Positions 12,301 through 25,560 of a stretch of 64,000 bases of DNA are shown piece after piece; the stretch's first letter is position 1; every line of letters starts with the position of its first letter. The DNA is taken from the NCBI GenBank assembly GCA_016618085.1, contig JABLTG010000042.1:1-64000 (forward strand), read 5' to 3'. The DNA comes from Neovahlkampfia damariscottae. Its lineage: Eukaryota. Both the position numbers and the translations under genes were made by a program. The notes under the pieces were generated by a model that was not told where the DNA came from, did no database searches, and saw only the letters and a program-made list of their open reading frames with translations.

Positions 12301-15168
12301 ATCAAATTTAATTAATGTCATAATTGATGGTAATTTCTTTTCACTTTTAATTTCTTCATAATCAATTTGTTGATCTTTATCTCTTTTTGTTACATTTTCA
12401 ATAGAACTAGTTGCTATTTTTTTAGTTTTTTGTAGTAATAAAATTGATATTTCAGGTGGATTATCAATATAACTTTTAACAATTTCTAAAAGTATAATTG
12501 CTCTTTAATCATTTAGAAAATATTAAAAATATTTACTGATTCTTTAAATAATATTAATAAATACAATAAACATACTTGATTTAAATGAAAATGTAATCCA
12601 GTAATATGTGACATGATTACAAATTTTGGTAATGTTTTATGTTGTATTGAAATTGATTCATCATTAATTCCAACATCAACATTTAAAGAAACTGGATCCA
12701 TAATAGTTTGTGGTTTTGAATTTAATGATGGTAATAATTGAATATTAAAATTAAAAAATTGAATTTTAAATTTCTTTGATAATAATTCCCAAATAACATG
12801 ATTATTTGTAAAATCATTTTCATTAGATGGAAATTCTGATTTATTTGAATATAATGAATCATTATTTGTCCAATCTTCTCTTTTTATTCTTTCATCACTT
12901 GATATTAATACTTCTTTCATTGATAATTTTAAATATTCTGATCCTTTTGATGATGGTAGATTATTAGTTGATTGTTTTATTTTCACATCTTCTTCTTCTT
13001 CTTTTGTACAAGATGGAAATAATAAAGATGGTGATCTAATTTCAAATACTAAAGAAAATGATTTTTCAATTTCATTTGAATCAATATTTTCATTCTTTTC
13101 AATTTTAATTTTTTTATATTTTGGTAATTCAATAATTTGATTTTCATTTGGTTTTAAAGAAGTATCTGGAAATGATTTCATTATAAATTCAATCATTTTC
13201 ATTATTTTTGGTATATCAATTAACATTTGAAATGGATTTAATCTTATTTCTAAATTTGTATCTTCTGTTGATAATATTGCTTTAAATCTTAACATTTCTT
13301 TTCCTTCATGAAAATAAATAAATTTTTTAACATCTTGTGGTCTATATATTTTATCATTTAATTTTTCTAAAATTATTATTTTCTTTTTATTACCTTTTGG
13401 ATAAAATCTATTTGTACTTAAAAATTCAGGCCAAATTGGTACATTTATTGTAAAATCATCACTTTCATTAATTTCTTTTTCATATTCATCTCTATTTGGA
13501 TAAAGAAAATGTGTTTCTTCATTCTTTACATTTTCTGATGTAAATTTAGTTGATAAATGTGAAAAATTAAAAAATGGAATACAAATTTGAATAAATTTAT
13601 CAATTAATGAATCTTCAGGTTGAATAAAATGAAATTCAAATCCACAAATTTCAATTAAAAATTCTTCAATAGATTTTTCATCTTCTGATTTTGAAATTAA
13701 CTCAAAAAATAATTGATTTAATCCAATTTTAATAACTGTTCTAGTTCTTAATTCTTCTTCCATTTCTTCTTCTTCTATCTTTTTTATTTCATCTTTCTTT
13801 ATTAATTCTAATTCATCTAATAAATCTTCATCATCTAATAAATCTTCTAAATCATCATCAGAAAAGAAATCTTCATCTCCAAATGTACTACCACTATCAC
13901 CAACACCAATACCACTACTATTACCAACACTACCACCACCAGTAGTATTACTATTACTATTACTCTTTTTTTCAATAAATTTTGAGAATGCATCTTTTTT
14001 TGGTCTTGATTCTATATTTATATTAAATATAAATAAATTCATACTACTTGTTGTTGTTGTATTTGAAGATGATTTTTGAATAATATTATTTGTACCACTT
14101 TTTTGTAATTGTTTTTTTAATTGATCTTCATTATATAAATTTTTTCTTTGAATCAAATCTTTTCTTTGTGTTGAAGTAAATATACCTAAAATAGTTTGAA
14201 AGAATGTTTTTAAAGTATTTTGATCAAATTTAACTCTTATTTTATCAAATAAAATATCAATATTATTTGATAATTTCTTTCCCATTGATGTTTTCTTTTG
14301 TGTTATTTGTATTTTTGCACTTAATGAATCAATTATTTTTACATTTTTTGGACGATAAGCAGAATAATTTTTAAAATTATTATCATCATCATTGGTTGGA
14401 TGTTTTAATTCAATAGTAACATCTTGTAAATCACCTAATCTAAATATTGATAATTCATCAGTAGATTTTGGATTAAAATTTAAAACTTCTTGTAATATTT
14501 TATCTTTAAAATTTTTATCTGTTGTTCTGAGAAAGAAATTATTAACAGTTAAATAAATATAAGGTGGTGTCCATTCTCCAAATTGTTTAGATGGAAATGA
14601 ACCTAATGTTTGAAATTTAAGTTGAAGTGTATTCATTCTAAAACTTAAACCATCAATAATACGATCAGTAAATCCATATAAACTTCCTTTCTTTTTTTCA
14701 TTACTACTATTACTGTTACTATTAGAATTACTCATCAATCCTTTTAAAAAATCTTTTAAAGGTGTTTTTATAGGTCTTGGATTGATAGGTTCAGATATTT
14801 CACATACAACTTTATCCATAATTATTTGAATAGGTTCATATCCCAATGATGTTAAAGAAGGATACTTTCAAAATTAATATTTTTTGTATTTTACTTTAAT
14901 TTTTAAACTATTCACGTGAACTTTTTCAACTTGAAACATAGCAGGCATGAACTCTTGTATTACATCTTCATTGAGATAAATATCCTATCAATAATAAATA
15001 AAGGTTTGGATAAACATACTTGAAGTCCTCCTTCTCCTTTCCAAAGAGAAATATTCAAATTCTTTGATGAATAGTTCTTAACAAAAACTTGAGAAAGAAT
15101 TAGTGGTGAAATATTACAACCAAACCTGATAAATACTTGTGGAGCAAGTTCGATACTATCAGATCCAT
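9400..15168 (-). CDS. Large VPS13/chorein-N bridge-like lipid transfer protein (UHRF1BP1/BLTP3-like) with C-terminal PH-like and coiled-coil regions
   Basis: N-terminus MDLIVSNLLHKYLS|VFVKNY..LNISLWKGEGGLQ|DIYLNE; YGFTDRIIDGLSF; frame can be followed through multiple short introns to a stop at 9400. Confidence 0.7.
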
Positions 15169-15301
15169 AATTTCGTTTTGATTGGTGGAATTAATCAAAG
15201 TATTTTATCCATTTTTTTCAAATTTTCTCTTTTAAGTTGGATTTTTTCTTTTTATTTTATACATTTTATTCATCCAATCAATTCAGTGAGATTACTTTGT
15301 A

Positions 15302-16802
15302 ATGGATGGAGCTGTGTTTTTTGATTTCTTAGGAACATTTCAATTTCAAAAAGGATATGATTATTTAAAGAAAATACAAACTACTTTAGAAAAATCATCA
15401 TCAAATACTGAATGGATACTATATTATAACAAATTAATTCAAGCTGAACAATTCTATTTTGACTTACAAATTAATGATAAGATTGGAGTAAAAAAATTAT
15501 AATTTTAACTTTAAATTAGTTAATTAAAAGATATGAAAATATATTACAATATTTTGAAAAAGTAGAAAATGAAATTAATCAAGAAATGATAGAAATATTA
15601 AAGTTAAAAATAGAATTAAGTTAGTTAATTAACATTTTAATTTATTCAGTTGAAATGTAATAATAATCAATATTATTTAATAATATATTAGATATAAAAA
15701 ATTAAAAAAAGAGAGTGGAAGAATATTAAATTTTAGTACTTTTGAGATTATTACATTAAAAATAAAAAATAAATATAATGATAAATTAAAAAATAATTTA
15801 GATAAAGATAAATTAAAATTAATTAAATTAAATTTAAAAAATGAAATATATTTAATACATTCATTATTTAAATCTCATCATTATATTTCAACATTTAAAT
15901 TTAAAGAATATTTAATTGAAATATTTAAATCAAAAAGTATATTTTGTAATTATTTAAATTATTAAATATATATTAGTAAATTGGATTCAATTAAATGAAC
16001 CATCATCATCATTTGAATCAAAAAAAGAATTATTAAAAGAGAAAAAGAAATCATCAAGTTTTATTGATGTATTCTTTTCAAAAACACCAGAAATATCAAA
16101 TTTAGAAATGGTAAATAAAATAATATAATTTAATAATTATCAAAAAAAGAATAGATTTAAATCTTTAAATTTATTTTCATTTTATTCTTTATTATTTCAA
16201 TCATCTTTATCAAAAATATCATTAATATTTAATAAATTAATAATGAATAATTCATTATCTAATTCATTCATTTTAAAGAATTTTAAATCATTTAATTTAA
16301 TATCATTGTAAATTTATAAATATTACTAAATAAAATAGAATAAATCAATTTTATGATTTAAATTTACCATTATCTATTTCAATAATATTTTCAACAAGTG
16401 GAAAGAATATACAAATAAATGAATATTTTATTGAATTAAATGAATTAGATGAATTAAAAGGTATAAAATCATATCCTTGTATATTTTGTTATCCAAATGA
16501 AGTAAGATCTAAATATATATATTTAACGTTATTAGAATTTAAATTTAATGTTTTTACATTGGCCAAATATAATTAGTTTAATAATGATGAATGAACAATA
16601 TTTAGATAATATTGATCCAATTGCATTTTATGATAAAACATATACATATTATTTAATTAAATTTGATTCATCTTCTTATTTAATTATTACATTTGATATT
16701 AATTTATCTCCAAAAGAAAAAAGATCAAAATCATCATTAGAATTTTTATCAAATTTAAATTCATTATTGAGAGATAAAAAGACATTTAATTTATTCAAAT
16801 AA
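15302..16802 (+). CDS. KICSTOR subunit 2 (C12orf66/DUF2003)-like
   Basis: N-terminal FFDFLGTFQFQKG, C-terminal IFCYP..LHWPNIISLIM motif; multi-exon. Confidence 0.65.
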
Positions 16803-16810
16803 AAAATATT

Positions 16811-18199
16811 TTATGCATAATAATTGAGTGATGCTTTCTTTTTAGATTGTACTTGTGATATTCCATCCATAAAATCATCATGTGAAAGTTCTTTTGCATC
16901 TCTTCGAAGTGCTAACATTCCAGCTTCAACACATACAGCTTTTAATTGTGCACCATTAAAATCTTCACAACATCTTGCAAGTTCTTCAAAATTAACATCA
17001 GGTGAATAATTCATATGTCTTGCATGAATTTTTAAAATTTGACCTCTTGCTTTTTCATCAGGTAATGGAAATTCAATTTTTCTATCTAATCTACCACTTC
17101 TTAATAATGCAGGATCTAAAATATCAATTCTATTTGTTGCTCCAATAACTTTAATATCAAGTTTAGAATCAAATCCATCCTGTATTATTTAAAAATTAAT
17201 ATTGATTGATTTTATTATTACCATTTGATTGAGTAATTCTAACATAGTTCTTTGTACTTCACGATCACCTGAAACATCACTATCAAAACGACGTGTACCA
17301 ATAGCATCAAGTTCATCAATGAAAATAATTGTTGGTGCTTTTTCTGCAGCCAAAGCTAAATAAAAATATTAAAAAAAAATAAACTCCATACAAAAAGCAT
17401 CTCTAACAAGTTTTGCACCATCACCAATAAACATTTGAACAAGTTGTGGACCTGCAAGTTTTAAAAATGTTGCTTTTGTTTGAGCTGCACATGCTCTAGC
17501 TAATAAAGTTTTTCCTGTACCAGGTGAACCATACAGAAGTACACCTTTTGGAGGTTGAATACCAACTTTAATAAAAAGATCTTTATGTGTTATTGGTAAA
17601 ACAACAGCTTCTGTGAGTTCTTTAATTTGTTTATCTAAACCACCAACCCTATCATAATCTTCTGTTGGTTTTTCATCAACTTCCATAGCTTTAACACGTG
17701 AATCATATTCAGCTGGTAATAAATCGAGAACAAGAAATGAATCTTTGTTTACTCCAACTAATTCACCTGGTTGAAGTTTTTCAGGTTCAACTAAACCAAT
17801 AACTGGTAAAAAAATAGTTTGTCTAGTTGTAGTTTTAACAACTGCACATTTTCCTTTTCTTTTTGAATCTAAATCAATATGACTTCCATCTTCTTCTTCT
17901 TCTTCTTCTTCTTCATCAATATCTAAAATCTATATTTTTATTAATATTTTTTTAAACTTTACTTCAACAACATTAGCAACCAAATATGGTAGTTGTTTAT
18001 TCAATTTAATTTTTTCTTTATTTTCTTTGATTCTTTCTTTCATACTTGCTTCGTCATGAGCAATTCTGGCTTTTTCATTTCGATATACTCTGATTTCATT
18101 GTCAATTAGTCTACATCTTTGCTCAATTTCTTGAGTAGAAGATTCTGAAATATCACTCCCAAATGTATCGGTGACTTCTTTCTCTGACCACTTTTTCAT
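16811..18199 (-). CDS. RPT5: 26S proteasome regulatory ATPase subunit 6A (Rpt5)
   Basis: [58 protein letters not shown]-terminal LNYYA; 3 introns. Confidence 0.97.
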
Positions 18200-18385
18200 T
18201 CTTTTTTGTTTTACGAAATACTCTAATTGGTTAAAAATATCAGGAATTATTCTAAAAATAATTCTAAACAATTTAGTTGATAAATCTCAATATTTTACAT
18301 TTTGAATAGTGATTTTTTTTTTTTCAATTTTGATAAAATTAACCAATTATATTTTAATTTGAAACTGTCCAATAAAACCAAAATT

Positions 18386-19235
18386 ATGTCGTTAGTTTCG
18401 TTTCCATTTCTTGAAGACTCAGGACAAACAAAGTATATTCTTCATCCACTCGTTTTATGTTCAATTTTTGATTTTTATGTTCGTAGAAAAGAAGGAAAAA
18501 AAAGAGTTTTAGGAACTTTAGGTTTTTTTTTTTTTTTTTAAAAATTTAAAAGTTGGAGAAATTACTCAAGGATATGTTGAAATTAAAGATTGTTTCACTG
18601 TACCAATAAATGATGAAACAGAAGATAAACTTGAAGTTGATATTGACTTTCATAGCAACATGTTTGAGTTACATCATAAAGTTCATCCAACTGATGTAGT
18701 TATTGGATGGTTTTCAACAGGAAGTAAAATATTACCAGATGATATGATTATACATGACTTTTATTCAAAAAATATTTTAAACCATCCTTTATTTTTATTA
18801 GTTGATACAATTAATAATTTACAAGTTAAAGGATTTGTTGATAAACCAATTTTAATGGGAAATACATTTTTAGGTATTAAATATCAACGTATTCCATTAG
18901 AATATAAGAATTTAAATTGTAAGAAAAATTAAATAATTTATAAAAAAAAAGTAAAATTGAAAGAAGAAGAAGAAAATAATTTTGATGAATTAAAGTCAAA
19001 AATATTAAATATTTTAAATGAATTCAAAGAATATATTGATAAAGGAGGAAATAATAATTTAATTTTAAAATTACTTAATGATAGTTTCTTTGAATTAAAA
19101 AATGAATCACCAATTCTTTTTTCAAAAATATTAAAAGATTATGATAATGAATTAAATAATATTATTGAATTTAATAAAGTTATTGAAAATCAAGTTAATA
19201 TATCTGAATCAATACATTTTGAAACATTTAAATAA
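18386..19235 (+). CDS. eIF3 subunit F-like MPN-domain protein
   Basis: LHPLVLCSIFDFYVRR..RVLGTL|VG..EIKDCFTVP..MFELHHKVHP..VIGWFSTG; 2 introns. Confidence 0.8.
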
Positions 19236-19238
19236 ATT

Positions 19239-20065
19239 TTATTTTATTTTCTTTTTTTTTATTATTACTTTTTTAATAATTTCAATTAACCATATAATTT
19301 GAAATAATACATGTAATGTAATACATGTTTGTTGAAAATATTTATTTATTTTTGAAAAGTCTTCTTGTCTAACTATTGCTGATGTTTGTACTGCTGACCA
19401 AACAAAAATATTCCAAATTATTCGATTAAAAAAGAATAATAATACAAATATTATTTCATTCATTTTATAAAATATATTATTTGAATATCCAAATAATTTC
19501 ATTATTCCTCTAATATGAAGTGATGGTGTTGATATTTCATTGGTTTGTAAACAAATCATACCAAATGTTCCAACTAAAAATATGATAAGAATAAAGTATT
19601 TAAATGAATATACCATAAAATAATACACCTGTAATATAATTAATAATGGCTAATAAATGATGAAATATTTGTAATTTAGTAACATGTTTAATATCAAATA
19701 AATAAACAACTAAATCATATATAAAGTATCCAATTGCTATTTCTAAATAAAATAAAAGCATATCATCAACTCTAACTGTTTTATCAGGTACCATTTTAGT
19801 TAAATAAAATTGAAAATTAATTGGAAATTTAGATACATATCTTAAAGTTATTTTTAAATTCAAATTATTTATACCTTATAGATCCTTGTGTTGAAATAAT
19901 TGCATGAATTAAACTAACAATAACTTGTGGTAAATGCCATTTATCATATGGTTTTAAATTATGATATTTCTCTGAATTTTGAAGTAATATTGGAAGTAAA
20001 TATCTAATTATACCATAAAGTAAAAAATGAAAACAAAACGATAAAAATGCAACAAAAAAATCCAT
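19239..20065 (-). CDS. TLC (TRAM/LAG1/CLN8) domain membrane protein
   Basis: IVSLIHA, GYFIYDL, IFHH, NEISTPSLH, LFFFNRI motifs. Confidence 0.85.
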
Positions 20066-20196
20066 CCAATCAATTCCAACCAATTACAATTCTAATTCGG
20101 ATAATTAATAATTTTTAGAAACACAACAACTGAAGAGTACTTTATGAATATCATCTTTCAAAGAATGTAAAATTGAATTGTTGTCAAAATGAGTAT

Positions 20197-20846
20197 TTAT
20201 TGATAATTCAAAGGTAATTGAAATTCATGAATATGTTTTGAAGTTTGAGAAAATATTTTACCTGAGTGTGGCATTATATCCCAAGAAACTATAAATTTAA
20301 TAAATATTTACATATATTTTACCTGTTATATTTATTGGTTTTCCTCTTAAATTATGACCTTGATCTATTAATGGATATTTATTTGGTAAATTATCAAATT
20401 TAATGATTGAATATTCTTTATCTGTTATAACATAATCCCATAAAACTATTTGATTAAGTATCTATATTCTATTTTAAAATAATAAAAGTCAAACATTTCT
20501 CTTTGTTTTATATTCTGCTGTTACATAAACAAACAATTGTTTTACATTCCAATTCCAAACTATTTAAATTTAAAAATAATATTCAATAAAACCTTTGGAA
20601 AAGTCACAATCTATTTTTAAATTTAAAATAGCTGCATCTTCTCCACTTTGAGTTCTTCCTCTAAAAAAAATGAAAATAAATTAAAATTTACAATCTCTTT
20701 ACTTCAGCTATTTTAGCTGTCGCAAAAATTTGTTCAGCTGGTGTGGTAAGAAAAAATGTAGTTAAAGCAACACCAATAGCCATGAAACCTAAAACAGATG
20801 AAGCCCAAGTTAAAGTTAGATTTATTCTAGATGAAAATGTGTTCAT
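20197..20846 (-). CDS. SPCS3: Signal peptidase complex subunit 3 (SPC22/23)
   Basis: Spliced [54 protein letters not shown]; 5 exons, missed by the ORF track. Confidence 0.9.
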
Positions 20847-20931
20847 TGTACTTTAAGTGAATAAAATCTAAACTAAAAAATGTGTAAGAACCTAATTGGA
20901 TAAAACTTTTAACCCACTTTTTGAGGTGAAA

Positions 20932-21134
20932 ATGGAAGGAGAGACAGAAAAATTAAAAACTATAAAAGGATATTTTAAATCACAAGTAAAATATATCAAA
21001 TTTAAATAATCTAGAAAACAAAAAGAAGTATTAGAAACTGGTTAATAGCATTCTCGTTCTTTGGTGGTTTTCAATTGTATTTAAATTTTAAAACTAAAAC
21101 TGAAAAATTAAAAATAAATTCAGAAGAAGAATAA
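20932..21134 (+). CDS. Small (~57 aa) single-TM hypothetical protein
   Basis: MEGETEKLKTIKGYFKSQ|KTKRSIRNWLIAFSFFGGFQLYLNFKTKTEKLKINSEEE* after removing one short GT-AG intron; CCAAT upstream. Confidence 0.55.
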
Positions 21135-21186
21135 GAAATTGTAAATAAAATTAATTTTTTATTTTTGTTTTAATTGTCCAATAAAA

Positions 21187-21909
21187 ATGTTTCGACTTAT
21201 TCGACAACCTACAAAACATGTTTTCAAAAATCAAATTGTTTATTATGGAAAAGAATCTATTTCTAAACTTGAAAAAGGAGAAGTAATAAAAAATAAAAAT
21301 AAATATGTTCAAATATTAAATATAACTCATCAAAAAATAGCAAGAGGTAACAACAAGACCAAAGTTGATATTTAAAAATAATTAGGTGGAGCATTATTTA
21401 ATGTTGAATTCTTGGATATTTCAAATGGAAAAAAGTTTAATGAAGTTTTAAAACCAACAAATCATTTTGAAACAGGTAATAGGGTTAAGAATATATATTT
21501 TTAAACTTTATAGTTGAAACTAAAATTGAAAATGTTACTTTTCAAAATATAAATAAAGAAGGAAATTATATATTTTTAGATGAAGATGAAAATGAAATAG
21601 AAATACAAAATACAATGATACCAAATAATAAAAAGAATATATTTAATGAATATTTGAATGAAAAGGGTAAATTATTATTTTATTCAAATGAATATAGAAG
21701 ATATTGAATTTGTTATTAGATTTGTTGATGATGTTCCAATTTTAGTTCAATTTCCAATTCATTTATCTGATGTTTTAGAAAGAAAAGAAGGTGTTTCTGG
21801 AATTTTAAGAAATAAATTAAAAATATCAAAAGTACCAAATCATGTATCTATTGGTGATCGTATTGTATTTAGAACAGATGATTTTACATATGTTTCAAGA
21901 GAAAACTAA
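21187..21909 (+). CDS. Organellar (mitochondrial) elongation factor P-like protein
   Basis: Presequence-like N-terminus; LEKGEVI..HQKIARG|GALFNVEF; C-terminal KVPNHVSIGDRIVFRTDDFTYVSRE; 3 introns. Confidence 0.8.
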
Positions 21910-22318
21910 ATTTTATCTCCTTTTTTTTTTAAAATTTCCATTTTTTGTTCAGGTGTCAATTTTATTGTTTCTTTTTCTTCTAATTTTTCAATAGCAATTC
22001 GATTTTCATTTTCTTTTTTTGTTTCTTTTAAATAATTTAATCCATCTGTTAAATATATCACTATTAAATATAAATAAAATACCATATGCACGTTTATATT
22101 GATTTTTATTTTCTTTTTGTTTTCTAAAAAATTCTCTTGATAAACATTTCTCCAATGCTCTAAAAGTTAAAAAATATTAGTTTTTCTTTCCTTTCATAGT
22201 TCAGACATCCACCAATGATCCTTTTAAATGGATGATTTTCTCTACATATTTCTATTTCTTCCCATTTCAAACGACATTCATCACTCAAATTATTCACATC
22301 AATTTTTGGTAACGACAT
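21906..22318 (-). CDS. Twin CX9C mitochondrial IMS protein (Cmc2-like)
   Basis: ECRLKWEEIEICRENHPFKRIIGGCLNYE(R)ALEKCLSRE; needs a 31-nt GA-AG intron plus one GT-AG intron. Confidence 0.75.
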
Positions 22319-22501
22319 TTGACCAACTACTTCAAAAAAAAAAAATTAATCCAATAAGATTTAAATTTCTAAAAATGAAGAAATATGAGAAAAATACTAT
22401 AAATGTTCAATAAAAATTTATTTCCAATTCGTTCGGGTTATTTAATTGGTCAATATTAACGAATCAAATGAAAATATTCAATTTCTTTTTGCACCCTTTG
22501 A

Positions 22502-23591
22502 ATGGATTCTTTTATTGAATTAATTGATTTATTGAAACATCAAAATCCTGAAGTGAGAGTTGGAGGATTATCAGCATTTTTACAATATGTTCAACATGCT
22601 GAATATTTAAAATATGTTGAAGAGAATCCAAAAAAGACTATTGAATCTTTAGTTAGTTTAATGAAAGATGAAAATGGAGTAAGATAGATATATTATTAAT
22701 TAATTCAAGTCCATTGTTAAATTTTCAATATTATGTTTAATTCATTTAAATACAGTAAATAGTTTAAATTTTGAAATGTATTTAATAATATTATATTTTA
22801 ACATAATGATATCTAGGTATAAAAATGGAGTTATTGAAAATATAATGAATATATTAAAAGTAGACATGTCCAAATTATATAATTCAATTGAATTACCTGA
22901 AATACTTGAATTTTGTTTAATTTTATTAAATAATTTAACTACTGATGAAAAAGTATCAAAAGATTTACTTCAAGAAAATGAAAAGAATGAAATGTTACAA
23001 GGATTTTATATTTCAAAAATATTAACATATTTTCTTGATAATAAATATAAAGAAAGAACAAAATGGGTACCAAATATATTAACCAATATAACAAGATATT
23101 CATCTGGTAGAAAATTATTAATTGATACTTCAATGATTGATTTATTAATATCTTATTTATCCAATGAAAATGAAATTATTAGATTTGGAATTACAAATAC
23201 ATTTAAAAATTTATTAATTGATGAAAAGAATCCTGAAAAATTATTAAATATTAAAATACATGATTATTATTTTTCAAGAATTTTAAAAGAAGAAAAGTTA
23301 TCCATTAGGTAATTTAATTTACTCTTTTTGATCATTTTATTTTTAGAAAATCAATTATTGAATCTATTGCAAAATTAATTGAAAATGAAAAGTGTTATGA
23401 AATTTTATCAGAAAAACAATTTGTAAGAAGAATTCAAATTATTAAAAATATATTAATAGTATGGTGTTTTAGAACTTTGTATTAAAAAAGAAACTAATGA
23501 TGAAATGAAATTATTATTAAATAGTTGTATTGAAAGATTAAAAAAAAATGCAGATGTTGGTCAATTAGTTGAATTAGAACAATATGAATAA
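22502..23591 (+). CDS. HGH1/FAM203-like ARM-repeat protein
   Basis: ELIDLLKHQNPEVR, ILLNNLT, ILTNITRYSSGRK, RFGITNTFKN; multi-exon. Confidence 0.7.
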
Positions 23592-23633
23592 ATTTAAACA
23601 AATAAAATGAATAAATTGAAACAAATTAAATAT

Positions 23634-24287
23634 TTAAAATTCAATTGAATCTAATGGACATTTATTTGATTTTTCTAATAACCAATAATCTATACATTCA
23701 CTATGAAATTCATGATTACATGGTAATATTCTAATCATTTCATTCCATTTAAATTCTTCTAAACATATTGAACATATTAAATCACATTCTCTCTCCATGA
23801 TTCTTCTTTCTTTAAAATTTAAAAGTTTATTTGAAGTTAATGTATTCTTTACATTATCTTCATCTAATAAAAGTAAAGTCTCATAATCATTTGAATTTAT
23901 ATCTCTTGAAAAAATATCTTTTAAAGTATCAATAGGTATTCTACATTCATTAAAATATCCATTATTCAAATCTTGATAAAATTCATTGAAACTATTTCTA
24001 ATTGTAATGTTTAATTCATCATTTTCTATTTGTTGAGTTGTATTTAATAGAATTGTATCACATCTGTTATCTTTGGTTTGAAAATGAAAAGATATTCTTT
24101 CTTCTCTTCTTTCTTTTTGTTTTAATTTGAACGAAGATATATATCTTCGAGTACTCTTTTCTTTTTTATTCTTTTTTTTTCTGTATTTTGAACTTTTGTA
24201 ATTAAAAATTTGTTCTTCCAAATATTCATAGTCCTCATCAGAATAATTAATTTCTTCTTCAAACAACAATTCTGTTTCGTTTTTCAT
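23634..24287 (-). CDS. RING-H2 E3 ubiquitin ligase
   Basis: [40 protein letters not shown]. Confidence 0.9.
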   Translation of the reverse strand: MKNETELLFEEEINYSDEDYEYLEEQIFNYKSSKYRKKKNKKEKSTRRYISSFKLKQKERREERISFHFQTKDNRCDTILLNTTQQIENDELNITIRNSFNEFYQDLNNGYFNECRIPIDTLKDIFSRDINSNDYETLLLLDEDNVKNTLTSNKLLNFKERRIMERECDLICSICLEEFKWNEMIRILPCNHEFHSECIDYWLLEKSNKCPLDSIEF

Positions 24288-24430
24288 TTTGAAATTGAAA
24301 AATCAAAAATAAAATCATTTTATCTTTGATTTTTCAAATCCAGGAATGAATTCGGAAAATGATTGGATTAATTAAAACTATATTTTTGAAATAAAAAAAA
24401 ACAAAATGTCTTGAATAACTTGTATTCATA

Positions 24431-25560
24431 CAGTGATTGGGTTTAACCATAATGTTTAAACAACTGTTTAAATAACTTTGTTTAAACATGTTGAATAAGA
24501 AGATAAAAATAGCAACCAATCACATTGATCTGAAATAAAATAATCCAATCAGAATGTGATAAAATATCATTGGCTTATTCTCCAGTTTGTATGTCAGTTT
24601 CAAAATTCAACGTTGAAAAAAAATATTTAGTTTATTCTGCATGCGTGGACACACAAAAAAATTGCAAGCTCCCAGAAGAACCAGAAACCAAGGATGACGA
24701 TACTGATTATTACTACCTTACAAATACAAAAATAAAAAACACAGAAAACTCAGCTTGGAAAATAAAAAACATCGAATTAAATGGAACTAGTTCTAGGTTA
24801 AAATTAAAAGATATCAAAATTAATACCAACAAATACTTCAGTAATTATTCTGTTTCCATTTGGCACGATGATAATATGAAACTAACTCAATCTGCAAAAG
24901 AAATAGTCAAAGGAATGGAAAATGAAGAACTTGGTGTTTTTAATCACTACACTGGAACTGACTGTCTTTATAAAGAAATAGAACGTTATGAGACTATTTT
25001 TTCTGAAGAAAACAATCAAGAATTATTAAAGTTACAAAAGCAAAAGGAAAAATATAAAAAAAATATCTGAATATGAAGGTCTCTATTCTGGTGGGTTTTT
25101 AGTGAGAAAGAATAGCCAAGCAGTTGATCAATTCAACGATGGTTGGTATAAAGAAAACATTGAATTTTCTACTCGTGATGAAATAAGTCTCCCATATGTT
25201 GTCAAAGAAAAAAAATTGTCGATTTATAAATTTAAAGGACATATTATTGAGGGAAATCCATATGTCAAATACGATGGTTCTAAAAAAGAAAAGGAAATTA
25301 TGGATGCAATAAATGAAAATGATATTAGAAAAGTATTTGGTTTATTAAATAAAGCACTTGGGAGATCGATATTGGTAAATATAAAAAAGAAGCTTGAACA
25401 ATAAACATTTTCAACAGAACCAACACTACCTTGTTCAAACACTTTCTGCATGCACGGATTTGAAAAAAATTGGTGTTGTGAACTTGACCAATGAAATAAT
25501 TGTGTTATTTAACGTTTGAACGTTGAATACGTTGTTTAAACAAGTTGAACCCAATCACTG
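24431..25560. mobile_element. Non-autonomous hAT-type DNA transposon with cargo gene
   Basis: TIRs CAGTGATTGGGTTTAAC / GTTGAACCCAATCACTG (16/17 match); perfect 8-bp TSD TATTCATA at 24423-24430 and 25561-25568; subterminal GTTTAAAC-type repeats; no transposase. Confidence 0.9.
24591..25404 (+). pseudogene. DUF616-like glycosyltransferase cargo gene, frameshifted in an A-run (pseudogene or homopolymer error)
   Basis: VYSA..LPEEP..DYYYLTN, SIWHDDN, FNH..DCLYKE, then in a shifted frame EGLYSGGFLVRKN..FNDGWYKE..STRDEISLPYV; intronless. Confidence 0.7.

Noticed and set aside
24431..25560. Tc1/mariner assignment (TA flanks, CAGTG ends)
   Set aside because: The duplication extends to a full 8 bp (TATTCATA), favouring hAT
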